From the human T2T-CHM13v2.0 reference genome, Homo sapiens: DNA of 64,000 nucleotides. Shown here piece by piece: positions 41,401 through 56,400 of this stretch. The stretch lies in the NCBI RefSeq assembly GCF_009914755.1, contig NC_060941.1; one strand, given 5' to 3'. Position 1 is the first letter of the stretch. The number at the start of each line of letters is the position of its first letter. The translations under genes and the position numbers were made by a program. Below the pieces are notes generated by a model. The model was not told the DNA's origin, made no database searches, and was given only the letters and a program-made list of their open reading frames with translations.

Positions 41401-44400
41401 TCAGAAACTTCTTTGTGATGATTGCATTCAACTCACAGAGTTGAAGGTTCCTTTTCAAAGAGCAGTTTCCAATCACTCTTTCTGTGGAATCTGCAAGTGG
41501 ATATTTGGACCTATTTTGAAGATTTCGTTGGAAACGGGAGAATCTTCACAGGAAAGCTAAACAGAAGCATTCTCAGAAACTTCTTTGTGATGCTTGCATT
41601 CAACTCACAGAGTTGAACTTTCCTTTCGAGAGAGAAGCTTTGAAACACTCTTTTTCCAGAATCTGCAAGTGGACATTTGGAGGGCTTTGAGGCCTGTGGT
41701 GGAAAAGGAATTATCTTCCCGTAAAAGCTAGATAGAAGCATTCTCAGAAACTACTTTGTGATGATTGCATTCAAGTCACAGAGTTGAACATTCCCTTTGA
41801 CAGAGCAGTTTGGAAACTCTCTTTGTGTAGAATCTGCAAGTGGAGATATGGACCGCTTTGAGGCCTATGGTAGTAAAGGAAATAGCTTCATATAAAAGCT
41901 AGACAGTAGCATTCACAGAAAACTCTTGGTGACGACTGAGTTTAACTCACAGAGCTGAACATTCCTTTGGATGGAGCAGTTTCGAAACACACTATTTGTA
42001 GAATGTGCAAGTGGATATTTAGGCCTCTCTGAGGATTTCGTTGGAAACGGGATAAACCGCACAGAACTAAACAGAAGCATTCTCAGAACCTTCTTCGTGA
42101 TGTTTGCATTCAACTCACAGTGTTGAACCTTTCTTTGATAGTTCAGGTTTGAAACGGTCTTTCTGTAGAAACTGCAAGTAGATATTTGGACCTCTCTGAG
42201 GATTTCGTTGGAAACGGGATAACCCGCACAGAACTAAAACAGAAGCATTCTCAGAACCCTCTTCGTGATGTTTGCATTCAACTCACAGTGCTGAACCTTT
42301 CTTTGATAGTTCAGCTTTGAAACACTCTTTTTGTAGAAACTGCAAGTGGATATTTGGTCCTCTCTGAGGAATTCGTTGGAAACGGGATAAACTGCACAGA
42401 ACTAAACAGAAGCATTCTCAGAACCTTCTTCGTGATGTCTGCATTCAACTCACAGTGTGGAACCTTTCTTTGATAGTTCAGGTTTGAAACACTCTTTTTG
42501 TAGAAACTGCAAGGGGATAATTGCACTCTTTGAGGAGTACCGTAGTAAAGGAAATAACTTCCTATAAAAAGAAGACAGAAGCTTTCTCAGAAAATTCTTT
42601 GGGATGATTGAGTTGAACTCACAGAGCTGAGCATTCCTTGCGATGTAGCAGTTTAGAAACACACTTTCTGCAGAATCTGCAAGTGCATATTTGGACCTCT
42701 GTGAGGAATTCGTTGGAAACGGGATAATTTCAGCTGACTAAACAGAAGCAGTCTCAGAATCTTCTTTGTGATGTTTGCATTCAAATCCCCGAGTTGAACT
42801 TTCCTTTCAAAGTTCACGTTTGAAACACTCTTTTTGCAGGATCTACAAGTGGATATTTGGACCACTCTGTGTCCTTCGATCGAAACGGGTATATCTTCAC
42901 ATGACATCTAGACAGAAGCATCCTCAGAAGCTTCTCTGTGATGACTGCATTCAACTCACGGAGTTGAACACTCCTTTTGAGAGCGCAGTTTTGAAACTCT
43001 CTTTCTGTGGCATCTGCAAGGGGACATGTAGACCTCTTTGAAGATTTCGTTGGAAACGGAATCATCTTCACATAAAAACTACACAGATGCATTCTCAGGA
43101 ACTTTTTGGTGATGTTTGTATTCAACTCCCAGAGTTGAACTTTCCTTTGGAAAGAGCAGCTATGAAACACTGTTTTTCTAGAATCTGCAAGTGGACGTTT
43201 GGAGGGCTTTGTGGTTTGTGGTGGAAAAGGAAATATCTTCACCTAAATACTAGATAGAAGCATTCTCAGAAACTGCTTTGTGATGATTGCATTCACCTCA
43301 CAGAGTTGAACATTCCTATTGATAGAGCAGTTTGGAAACACTCTTGTTGTGGAATGTGCAAGTGGAGATTTGGAGCGCTTTGAGGCCTATGGTAGTAAAG
43401 GGAATAGCTTCATAGAAAAACTAGACAGAAGCATTCTCAGAAAATACTTTGTGATGATTGAGTTTAACTCACAGAGCTGACCATTCCTTTGGATGGAGCA
43501 GGTTTGAGACACACTTTTTGTAGAATCTACAAGTGGATATTTGGACCTCTCTGAGGATTTCGTTGGAAACGGGATAACTGCACCTAACTAAACGGAAGCA
43601 TTCTCAGAAACTTCTTGGTGATGTTTGCATTCAAATCCCAGAGTTGAACCTTCCTTTGATAGTTCAGGTTTGAAACACTCTTTTTGTAGGATCTGCAAGT
43701 GGATATTTGGACCACTCTGTGGCCTTCGTTCGAAACGGGTATATCTTCGCATAAAATCTAGACAGAAGCCTTCTCAGAAACTTCTCTGTGATGATTGCAT
43801 TCAACTCACAGAGTTGAACCCTCCTATGGATAGAGCAGTGTTGAAACTCTCTTTTTGTGGAATCTGCAAGTGGATACGTGGACCTCTCCGAAGATGTCTT
43901 TGGAAACGGGAATATCTTCACATAAAAACTAAACAGAAGCATTCTCAGAAACTTCTCTGTGATGTTTGTGTTCAACTCCCAGAGTTTCACATTGCTTTTC
44001 ATAGAGTAGTTCTGAAACATGCTTTTCGTAGTGTCTACAAGTGGACATTTGGAGCGCTTTCAGGCCTGTGGTGGAAAACGAATTATGGTCACATAAAAAC
44101 TGGAGAGAAGCATTGTCAGAAACTTCTTTGTGATGATTGCATTCAACTCACAGAGTTGAAGGTTCCTTTTCAAAGAGCAGTTTCCAATCACTCTTTCTGT
44201 GGAATCTGCAAGTGGATATTTGGACCTATTTTGAAGATTTCGTTGGAAACGGGAGAATCTTCACAGGAAAGCTAAACAGAAGCATTCTCAGAAACTTCTT
44301 TGTGATGCTTGCATTCAACTCACAGAGTTGAACTTTCCTTTCGAGAGAGAAGCTTTGAAACACTCTTTTTCCAGAATCTGCAAGTGGACATTTGGAGGGC

Positions 44401-47400
44401 TTTGAGGCCTGTGGTGGAAAAGGAATTATCTTCCCGTAAAAGCTAGATAGAAGCATTCTCAGAAACTACTTTGTGATGATTGCATTCAAGTCACAGAGTT
44501 GAACATTCCCTTTGACAGAGCAGTTTGGAAACTCTCTTTGTGTAGAATCTGCAAGTGGAGATATGGACCGCTTTGAGGCCTATGGTAGTAAAGGAAATAG
44601 CTTCATATAAAAGCTAGACAGTAGCATTCACAGAAAACTCTTGGTGACGACTGAGTTTAACTCACAGAGCTGAACATTCCTTTGGATGGAGCAGTTTCGA
44701 AACACACTATTTGTAGAATGTGCAAGTGGATATTTAGGCCTCTCTGAGGATTTCGTTGGAAACGGGATAAACCGCACAGAACTAAACAGAAGCATTCTCA
44801 GAACCTTCTTCGTGATGTTTGCATTCAACTCACAGTGTTGAACCTTTCTTTGATAGTTCAGGTTTGAAACGGTCTTTCTGTAGAAACTGCAAGTAGATAT
44901 TTGGACCTCTCTGAGGATTTCGTTGGAAACGGGATAACCCGCACAGAACTAAAACAGAAGCATTCTCAGAACCCTCTTCGTGATGTTTGCATTCAACTCA
45001 CAGTGCTGAACCTTTCTTTGATAGTTCAGCTTTGAAACACTCTTTTTGTAGAAACTGCAAGTGGATATTTGGTCCTCTCTGAGGAATTCGTTGGAAACGG
45101 GATAAACTGCACAGAACTAAACAGAAGCATTCTCAGAACCTTCTTCGTGATGTCTGCATTCAACTCACAGTGTGGAACCTTTCTTTGATAGTTCAGGTTT
45201 GAAACACTCTTTTTGTAGAAACTGCAAGGGGATAATTGCACTCTTTGAGGAGTACCGTAGTAAAGGAAATAACTTCCTATAAAAAGAAGACAGAAGCTTT
45301 CTCAGAAAATTCTTTGGGATGATTGAGTTGAACTCACAGAGCTGAGCATTCCTTGCGATGTAGCAGTTTAGAAACACACTTTCTGCAGAATCTGCAAGTG
45401 CATATTTGGACCTCTGTGAGGAATTCGTTGGAAACGGGATAATTTCAGCTGACTAAACAGAAGCAGTCTCAGAATCTTCTTTGTGATGTTTGCATTCAAA
45501 TCCCCGAGTTGAACTTTCCTTTCAAAGTTCACGTTTGAAACACTCTTTTTGCAGGATCTACAAGTGGATATTTGGACCACTCTGTGTCCTTCGATCGAAA
45601 CGGGTATATCTTCACATGACATCTAGACAGAAGCATCCTCAGAAGCTTCTCTGTGATGACTGCATTCAACTCACGGAGTTGAACACTCCTTTTGAGAGCG
45701 CAGTTTTGAAACTCTCTTTCTGTGGCATCTGCAAGGGGACATGTAGACCTCTTTGAAGATTTCGTTGGAAACGGAATCATCTTCACATAAAAACTACACA
45801 GATGCATTCTCAGGAACTTTTTGGTGATGTTTGTATTCAACTCCCAGAGTTGAACTTTCCTTTGGAAAGAGCAGCTATGAAACACTGTTTTTCTAGAATC
45901 TGCAAGTGGACGTTTGGAGGGCTTTGTGGTTTGTGGTGGAAAAGGAAATATCTTCACCTAAATACTAGATAGAAGCATTCTCAGAAACTGCTTTGTGATG
46001 ATTGCATTCACCTCACAGAGTTGAACATTCCTATTGATAGAGCAGTTTGGAAACACTCTTGTTGTGGAATGTGCAAGTGGAGATTTGGAGCGCTTTGAGG
46101 CCTATGGTAGTAAAGGGAATAGCTTCATAGAAAAACTAGACAGAAGCATTCTCAGAAAATACTTTGTGATGATTGAGTTTAACTCACAGAGCTGAACATT
46201 CCTTTGGATGGAGCAGGTTTGAGACACACTTTTTGTAGAATCTACAAGTGGATATTTGGACCTCTCTGAGGATTTCGTTGGAAACGGGATAACTGCACCT
46301 AACTAAACGGAAGCATTCTCAGAAACTTCTTGGTGATGTTTGCATTCAAATCCCAGAGTTGAACCTTCCTTTGATAGTTCAGGTTTGAAACACTCTTTTT
46401 GTAGGATCTGCAAGTGGATATTTGGACCACTCTGTGGCCTTCGTTCGAAACGGGTATATCTTCGCATAAAATCTAGACAGAAGCCTTCTCAGAAACTTCT
46501 CTGTGATGATTGCATTCAACTCACAGAGTTGAACCCTCCTATGGATAGAGCAGTGTTGAAACTCTCTTTTTGTGGAATCTGCAAGTGGATACGTGGACCT
46601 CTCCGAAGATGTCTTTGGAAACGGGAATATCTTCACATAAAAACTAAACAGAAGCATTCTCAGAAACTTCTCTGTGATGTTTGTGTTCAACTCCCAGAGT
46701 TTCACATTGCTTTTCATAGAGTAGTTCTGAAACATGCTTTTCGTAGTGTCTACAAGTGGACATTTGGAGCGCTTTCAGGCCTGTGGTGGAAAACGAATTA
46801 TGGTCACATAAAAACTGGAGAGAAGCATTGTCAGAAACTTCTTTGTGATGATTGCATTCAACTCACAGAGTTGAAGGTTCCTTTTCAAAGAGCAGTTTCC
46901 AATCACTCTTTCTGTGGAATCTGCAAGTGGATATTTGGACCTATTTTGAAGATTTCGTTGGAAACGGGAGAATCTTCACAGGAAAGCTAAACAGAAGCAT
47001 TCTCAGAAACTTCTTTGTGATGCTTGCATTCAACTCACAGAGTTGAACTTTCCTTTCGAGAGAGAAGCTTTGAAACACTCTTTTTCCAGAATCTGCAAGT
47101 GGACATTTGGAGGGCTTTGAGGCCTGTGGTGGAAAAGGAATTATCTTCCCGTAAAAGCTAGATAGAAGCATTCTCAGAAACTACTTTGTGATGATTGCAT
47201 TCAAGTCACAGAGTTGAACATTCCCTTTGACAGAGCAGTTTGGAAACTCTCTTTGTGTAGAATCTGCAAGTGGAGATATGGACCGCTTTGAGGCCTATGG
47301 TAGTAAAGGAAATAGCTTCATATAAAAGCTAGACAGTAGCATTCACAGAAAACTCTTGGTGACGACTGAGTTTAACTCACAGAGCTGAACATTCCTTTGG

Positions 47401-50400
47401 ATGGAGCAGTTTCGAAACACACTATTTGTAGAATGTGCAAGTGGATATTTAGGCCTCTCTGAGGATTTCGTTGGAAACGGGATAAACCGCACAGAACTAA
47501 ACAGAAGCATTCTCAGAACCTTCTTCGTGATGTTTGCATTCAACTCACAGTGTTGAACCTTTCTTTGATAGTTCAGGTTTGAAACGGTCTTTCTGTAGAA
47601 ACTGCAAGTAGATATTTGGACCTCTCTGAGGATTTCGTTGGAAACGGGATAACCCGCACAGAACTAAAACAGAAGCATTCTCAGAACCCTCTTCGTGATG
47701 TTTGCATTCAACTCACAGTGCTGAACCTTTCTTTGATAGTTCAGCTTTGAAACACTCTTTTTGTAGAAACTGCAAGTGGATATTTGGTCCTCTCTGAGGA
47801 ATTCGTTGGAAACGGGATAAACTGCACAGAACTAAACAGAAGCATTCTCAGAACCTTCTTCGTGATGTCTGCATTCAACTCACAGTGTGGAACCTTTCTT
47901 TGATAGTTCAGGTTTGAAACACTCTTTTTGTAGAAACTGCAAGGGGATAATTGCACTCTTTGAGGAGTACCGTAGTAAAGGAAATAACTTCCTATAAAAA
48001 GAAGACAGAAGCTTTCTCAGAAAATTCTTTGGGATGATTGAGTTGAACTCACAGAGCTGAGCATTCCTTGCGATGTAGCAGTTTAGAAACACACTTTCTG
48101 CAGAATCTGCAAGTGCATATTTGGACCTCTGTGAGGAATTCGTTGGAAACGGGATAATTTCAGCTGACTAAACAGAAGCAGTCTCAGAATCTTCTTTGTG
48201 ATGTTTGCATTCAAATCCCCGAGTTGAACTTTCCTTTCAAAGTTCACGTTTGAAACACTCTTTTTGCAGGATCTACAAGTGGATATTTGGACCACTCTGT
48301 GTCCTTCGATCGAAACGGGTATATCTTCACATGACATCTAGACAGAAGCATCCTCAGAAGCTTCTCTGTGATGACTGCATTCAACTCACGGAGTTGAACA
48401 CTCCTTTTGAGAGCGCAGTTTTGAAACTCTCTTTCTGTGGCATCTGCAAGGGGACATGTAGACCTCTTTGAAGATTTCGTTGGAAACGGAATCATCTTCA
48501 CATAAAAACTACACAGATGCATTCTCAGGAACTTTTTGGTGATGTTTGTATTCAACTCCCAGAGTTGAACTTTCCTTTGGAAAGAGCAGCTATGAAACAC
48601 TGTTTTTCTAGAATCTGCAAGTGGACGTTTGGAGGGCTTTGTGGTTTGTGGTGGAAAAGGAAATATCTTCACCTAAATACTAGATAGAAGCATTCTCAGA
48701 AACTGCTTTGTGATGATTGCATTCACCTCACAGAGTTGAACATTCCTATTGATAGAGCAGTTTGGAAACACTCTTGTTGTGGAATGTGCAAGTGGAGATT
48801 TGGAGCGCTTTGAGGCCTATGGTAGTAAAGGGAATAGCTTCATAGAAAAACTAGACAGAAGCATTCTCAGAAAATACTTTGTGATGATTGAGTTTAACTC
48901 ACAGAGCTGAACATTCCTTTGGATGGAGCAGGTTTGAGACACACTTTTTGTAGAATCTACAAGTGGATATTTGGACCTCTCTGAGGATTTCGTTGGAAAC
49001 GGGATAACTGCACCTAACTAAACGGAAGCATTCTCAGAAACTTCTTGGTGATGTTTGCATTCAAATCCCAGAGTTGAACCTTCCTTTGATAGTTCAGGTT
49101 TGAAACACTCTTTTTGTAGGATCTGCAAGTGGATATTTGGACCACTCTGTGGCCTTCGTTCGAAACGGGTATATCTTCGCATAAAATCTAGACAGAAGCC
49201 TTCTCAGAAACTTCTCTGTGATGATTGCATTCAACTCACAGAGTTGAACCCTCCTATGGATAGAGCAGTGTTGAAACTCTCTTTTTGTGGAATCTGCAAG
49301 TGGATACGTGGACCTCTCCGAAGATGTCTTTGGAAACGGGAATATCTTCACATAAAAACTAAACAGAAGCATTCTCAGAAACTTCTCTGTGATGTTTGTG
49401 TTCAACTCCCAGAGTTTCACATTGCTTTTCATAGAGTAGTTCTGAAACATGCTTTTCGTAGTGTCTACAAGTGGACATTTGGAGCGCTTTCAGGCCTGTG
49501 GTGGAAAACGAATTATGGTCACATAAAAACTGGAGAGAAGCATTGTCAGAAACTTCTTTGTGATGATTGCATTCAACTCACAGAGTTGAAGGTTCCTTTT
49601 CAAAGAGCAGTTTCCAATCACTCTTTGTGTGGAATCTGCAAGTGGATATTTGGACCTATTTTGAAGATTTCGTTGGAAACGGGAGAATCTTCACAGGAAA
49701 GCTAAACAGAAGCATTCTCAGAAACTTCTTTGTGATGCTTGCATTCAACTCACAGAGTTGAACTTTCCTTTCGAGAGAGAAGCTTTGAAACACTCTTTTT
49801 CCAGAATCTGCAAGTGGACATTTGGAGGGCTTTGAGGCCTGTGGTGGAAAAGGAATTATCTTCCCGTAAAAGCTAGATAGAAGCATTCTCAGAAACTACT
49901 TTGTGATGATTGCATTCAAGTCACAGAGTTGAACATTCCCTTTGACAGAGCAGTTTGGAAACTCTCTTTGTGTAGAATCTGCAAGTGGAGATATGGACCG
50001 CTTTGAGGCCTATGGTAGTAAAGGAAATAGCTTCATATAAAAGCTAGACAGTAGCATTCACAGAAAACTCTTGGTGACGACTGAGTTTAACTCACAGAGC
50101 TGAACATTCCTTTGGATGGAGCAGTTTCGAAACACACTATTTGTAGAATGTGCAAGTGGATATTTAGGCCTCTCTGAGGATTTCGTTGGAAACGGGATAA
50201 ACCGCACAGAACTAAACAGAAGCATTCTCAGAACCTTCTTCGTGATGTTTGCATTCAACTCACAGTGTTGAACCTTTCTTTGATAGTTCAGGTTTGAAAC
50301 GGTCTTTCTGTAGAAACTGCAAGTAGATATTTGGACCTCTCTGAGGATTTCGTTGGAAACGGGATAACCCGCACAGAACTAAAACAGAAGCATTCTCAGA

Positions 50401-53400
50401 ACCCTCTTCGTGATGTTTGCATTCAACTCACAGTGCTGAACCTTTCTTTGATAGTTCAGCTTTGAAACACTCTTTTTGTAGAAACTGCAAGTGGATATTT
50501 GGTCCTCTCTGAGGAATTCGTTGGAAACGGGATAAACTGCACAGAACTAAACAGAAGCATTCTCAGAACCTTCTTCGTGATGTCTGCATTCAACTCACAG
50601 TGTGGAACCTTTCTTTGATAGTTCAGGTTTGAAACACTCTTTTTGTAGAAACTGCAAGGGGATAATTGCACTCTTTGAGGAGTACCGTAGTAAAGGAAAT
50701 AACTTCCTATAAAAAGAAGACAGAAGCTTTCTCAGAAAATTCTTTGGGATGATTGAGTTGAACTCACAGAGCTGAGCATTCCTTGCGATGTAGCAGTTTA
50801 GAAACACACTTTCTGCAGAATCTGCAAGTGCATATTTGGACCTCTGTGAGGAATTCGTTGGAAACGGGATAATTTCAGCTGACTAAACAGAAGCAGTCTC
50901 AGAATCTTCTTTGTGATGTTTGCATTCAAATCCCCGAGTTGAACTTTCCTTTCAAAGTTCACGTTTGAAACACTCTTTTTGCAGGATCTACAAGTGGATA
51001 TTTGGACCACTCTGTGTCCTTCGATCGAAACGGGTATATCTTCACATGACATCTAGACAGAAGCATCCTCAGAAGCTTCTCTGTGATGACTGCATTCAAC
51101 TCACGGAGTTGAACACTCCTTTTGAGAGCGCAGTTTTGAAACTCTCTTTCTGTGGCATCTGCAAGGGGACATGTAGACCTCTTTGAAGATTTCGTTGGAA
51201 ACGGAATCATCTTCACATAAAAACTACACAGATGCATTCTCAGGAACTTTTTGGTGATGTTTGTATTCAACTCCCAGAGTTGAACTTTCCTTTGGAAAGA
51301 GCAGCTATGAAACACTGTTTTTCTAGAATCTGCAAGTGGACGTTTGGAGGGCTTTGTGGTTTGTGGTGGAAAAGGAAATATCTTCACCTAAATACTAGAT
51401 AGAAGCATTCTCAGAAACTGCTTTGTGATGATTGCATTCACCTCACAGAGTTGAACATTCCTATTGATAGAGCAGTTTGGAAACACTCTTGTTGTGGAAT
51501 GTGCAAGTGGAGATTTGGAGCGCTTTGAGGCCTATGGTAGTAAAGGGAATAGCTTCATAGAAAAACTAGACAGAAGCATTCTCAGAAAATACTTTGTGAT
51601 GATTGAGTTTAACTCACAGAGCTGAACATTCCTTTGGATGGAGCAGGTTTGAGACACACTTTTTGTAGAATCTACAAGTGGATATTTGGACCTCTCTGAG
51701 GATTTCGTTGGAAACGGGATAACTGCACCTAACTAAACGGAAGCATTCTCAGAAACTTCTTGGTGATGTTTGCATTCAAATCCCAGAGTTGAACCTTCCT
51801 TTGATAGTTCAGGTTTGAAACACTCTTTTTGTAGGATCTGCAAGTGGATATTTGGACCACTCTGTGGCCTTCGTTCGAAACGGGTATATCTTCGCATAAA
51901 ATCTAGACAGAAGCCTTCTCAGAAACTTCTCTGTGATGATTGCATTCAACTCACAGAGTTGAACCCTCCTATGGATAGAGCAGTGTTGAAACTCTCTTTT
52001 TGTGGAATCTGCAAGTGGATACGTGGACCTCTCCGAAGATGTCTTTGGAAACGGGAATATCTTCACATAAAAACTAAACAGAAGCATTCTCAGAAACTTC
52101 TCTGTGATGTTTGTGTTCAACTCCCAGAGTTTCACATTGCTTTTCATAGAGTAGTTCTGAAACATGCTTTTCGTAGTGTCTACAAGTGGACATTTGGAGC
52201 GCTTTCAGGCCTGTGGTGGAAAACGAATTATGGTCACATAAAAACTGGAGAGAAGCATTGTCAGAAACTTCTTTGTGATGATTGCATTCAACTCACAGAG
52301 TTGAAGGTTCCTTTTCAAAGAGCAGTTTCCAATCACTCTTTGTGTGGAATCTGCAAGTGGATATTCGGACCTATTTTGAAGATTTCGTTGGAAACGGGAG
52401 AATCTTCACAGGAAAGCTAAACAGAAGCATTCTCAGAAACTTCTTTGTGATGCTTGCATTCAACTCACAGAGTTGAACTTTCCTTTCGAGAGAGAAGCTT
52501 TGAAACACTCTTTTTCCAGAATCTGCAAGTGGACATTTGGAGGGCTTTGAGGCCTGTGGTGGAAAAGGAATTATCTTCCCGTAAAAGCTAGATAGAAGCA
52601 TTCTCAGAAACTACTTTGTGATGATTGCATTCAAGTCACAGAGTTGAACATTCCCTTTGACAGAGCAGTTTGGAAACTCTCTTTGTGTAGAATCTGCAAG
52701 TGGAGATATGGACCGCTTTGAGGCCTATGGTAGTAAAGGAAATAGCTTCATATAAAAGCTAGACAGTAGCATTCACAGAAAACTCTTGGTGACGACTGAG
52801 TTTAACTCACAGAGCTGAACATTCCTTTGGATGGAGCAGTTTCGAAACACACTATTTGTAGAATGTGCAAGTGGATATTTAGGCCTCTCTGAGGATTTCG
52901 TTGGAAACGGGATAAACCGCACAGAACTAAACAGAAGCATTCTCAGAACCTTCTTCGTGATGTTTGCATTCAACTCACAGTGTTGAACCTTTCTTTGATA
53001 GTTCAGGTTTGAAACGGTCTTTCTGTAGAAACTGCAAGTAGATATTTGGACCGCTCTGAGGATTTCGTTGGAAACGGGATAACCCGCACAGAACTAAAAC
53101 AGAAGCATTCTCAGAACCCTCTTCGTGATGTTTGCATTCAACTCACAGTGCTGAACCTTTCTTTGATAGTTCAGCTTTGAAACACTCTTTTTGTAGAAAC
53201 TGCAAGTGGATATTTGGTCCTCTCTGAGGAATTCGTTGGAAACGGGATAAACTGCACAGAACTAAACAGAAGCATTCTCAGAACCTTCTTCGTGATGTCT
53301 GCATTCAACTCACAGTGTGGAACCTTTCTTTGATAGTTCAGGTTTGAAACACTCTTTTTGTAGAAACTGCAAGGGGATAATTGCACTCTTTGAGGAGTAC

Positions 53401-56400
53401 CGTAGTAAAGGAAATAACTTCCTATAAAAAGAAGACAGAAGCTTTCTCAGAAAATTCTTTGGGATGATTGAGTTGAACTCACAGAGCTGAGCATTCCTTG
53501 CGATGTAGCAGTTTAGAAACACACTTTCTGCAGAATCTGCAAGTGCATATTTGGACCTCTGTGAGGAATTCGTTGGAAACGGGATAATTTCAGCTGACTA
53601 AACAGAAGCAGTCTCAGAATCTTCTTTGTGATGTTTGCATTCAAATCCCCGAGTTGAACTTTCCTTTCAAAGTTCACGTTTGAAACACTCTTTTTGCAGG
53701 ATCTACAAGTGGATATTTGGACCACTCTGTGTCCTTCGATCGAAACGGGTATATCTTCACATGACATCTAGACAGAAGCATCCTCAGAAGCTTCTCTGTG
53801 ATGACTGCATTCAACTCACGGAGTTGAACACTCCTTTTGAGAGCGCAGTTTTGAAACTCTCTTTCTGTGGCATCTGCAAGGGGACATGTAGACCTCTTTG
53901 AAGATTTCGTTGGAAACGGAATCATCTTCACATAAAAACTACACAGATGCATTCTCAGGAACTTTTTGGTGATGTTTGTATTCAACTCCCAGAGTTGAAC
54001 TTTCCTTTGGAAAGAGCAGCTATGAAACACTGTTTTTCTAGAATCTGCAAGTGGACGTTTGGAGGGCTTTGTGGTTTGTGGTGGAAAAGGAAATATCTTC
54101 ACCTAAATACTAGATAGAAGCATTCTCAGAAACTGCTTTGTGATGATTGCATTCACCTCACAGAGTTGAACATTCCTATTGATAGAGCAGTTTGGAAACA
54201 CTCTTGTTGTGGAATGTGCAAGTGGAGATTTGGAGCGCTTTGAGGCCTATGGTAGTAAAGGGAATAGCTTCATAGAAAAACTAGACAGAAGCATTCTCAG
54301 AAAATACTTTGTGATGATTGAGTTTAACTCACAGAGCTGAACATTCCTTTGGATGGAGCAGGTTTGAGACACACTTTTTGTAGAATCTACAAGTGGATAT
54401 TTGGACCTCTCTGAGGATTTCGTTGGAAACGGGATAACTGCACCTAACTAAACGGAAGCATTCTCAGAAACTTCTTGGTGATGTTTGCATTCAAATCCCA
54501 GAGTTGAACCTTCCTTTGATAGTTCAGGTTTGAAACACTCTTTTTGTAGGATCTGCAAGTGGATATTTGGACCACTCTGTGGCCTTCGTTCGAAACGGGT
54601 ATATCTTCGCATAAAATCTAGACAGAAGCCTTCTCAGAAACTTCTCTGTGATGATTGCATTCAACTCACAGAGTTGAACCCTCCTATGGATAGAGCAGTG
54701 TTGAAACTCTCTTTTTGTGGAATCTGCAAGTGGATACGTGGACCTCTCCGAAGATGTCTTTGGAAACGGGAATATCTTCACATAAAAACTAAACAGAAGC
54801 ATTCTCAGAAACTTCTCTGTGATGTTTGTGTTCAACTCCCAGAGTTTCACATTGCTTTTCATAGAGTAGTTCTGAAACATGCTTTTCGTAGTGTCTACAA
54901 GTGGACATTTGGAGCGCTTTCAGGCCTGTGGTGGAAAACGAATTATGGTCACATAAAAACTGGAGAGAAGCATTGTCAGAAACTTCTTTGTGATGATTGC
55001 ATTCAACTCACAGAGTTGAAGGTTCCTTTTCAAAGAGCAGTTTCCAATCACTCTTTCTGTGGAATCTGCAAGTGGATATTCGGACCTATTTTGAAGATTT
55101 CGTTGGAAACGGGAGAATCTTCACAGGAAAGCTAAACAGAAGCATTCTCAGAAACTTCTTTGTGATGCTTGCATTCAACTCACAGAGTTGAACTTTCCTT
55201 TCGAGAGAGAAGCTTTGAAACACTCTTTTTCCAGAATCTGCAAGTGGACATTTGGAGGGCTTTGAGGCCTGTGGTGGAAAAGGAATTATCTTCCCGTAAA
55301 AGCTAGATAGAAGCATTCTCAGAAACTACTTTGTGATGATTGCATTCAAGTCACAGAGTTGAACATTCCCTTTGACAGAGCAGTTTGGAAACTCTCTTTG
55401 TGTAGAATCTGCAAGTGGAGATATGGACCGCTTTGAGGCCTATGGTAGTAAAGGAAATAGCTTCATATAAAAGCTAGACAGTAGCATTCACAGAAAACTC
55501 TTGGTGACGACTGAGTTTAACTCACAGAGCTGAACATTCCTTTGGATGGAGCAGTTTCGAAACACACTATTTGTAGAATGTGCAAGTGGATATTTAGGCC
55601 TCTCTGAGGATTTCGTTGGAAACGGGATAAACCGCACAGAACTAAACAGAAGCATTCTCAGAACCTTCTTCGTGATGTTTGCATTCAACTCACAGTGTTG
55701 AACCTTTCTTTGATAGTTCAGGTTTGAAACGGTCTTTCTGTAGAAACTGCAAGTAGATATTTGGACCTCTCTGAGGATTTCGTTGGAAACGGGATAACCC
55801 GCACAGAACTAAAACAGAAGCATTCTCAGAACCCTCTTCGTGATGTTTGCATTCAACTCACAGTGCTGAACCTTTCTTTGATAGTTCAGCTTTGAAACAC
55901 TCTTTTTGTAGAAACTGCAAGTGGATATTTGGTCCTCTCTGAGGATTTCGTTGGAAACGGGATAAACTGCACAGAACTAAACAGAAGCATTCTCAGAACC
56001 TTCTTCGTGATGTCTGCATTCAACTCACAGTGTGGAACCTTTCTTTGATAGTTCAGGTTTGAAACACTCTTTTTGTAGAAACTGCAAGGGGATAATTGCA
56101 CTCTTTGAGGAGTACCGTAGTAAAGGAAATAACTTCCTATAAAAAGAAGACAGAAGCTTTCTCAGAAAATTCTTTGGGATGATTGAGTTGAACTCACAGA
56201 GCTGAGCATTCCTTGCGATGTAGCAGTTTAGAAACACACTTTCTGCAGAATCTGCAAGTGCATATTTGGACCTCTGTGAGGAATTCGTTGGAAACGGGAT
56301 AATTTCAGCTGACTAAACAGAAGCAGTCTCAGAATCTTCTTTGTGATGTTTGCATTCAAATCCCCGAGTTGAACTTTCCTTTCAAAGTTCACGTTTGAAA

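Noticed and set aside
16291-48870. Possible 7-HOR super-period (copies 7/14 and 9/16 look identical)
   Set aside because: Intervening pairs (8/15, 10/17, 11/18, 12/19) disagree at marker sites, so the matches are explained by low overall diversity.
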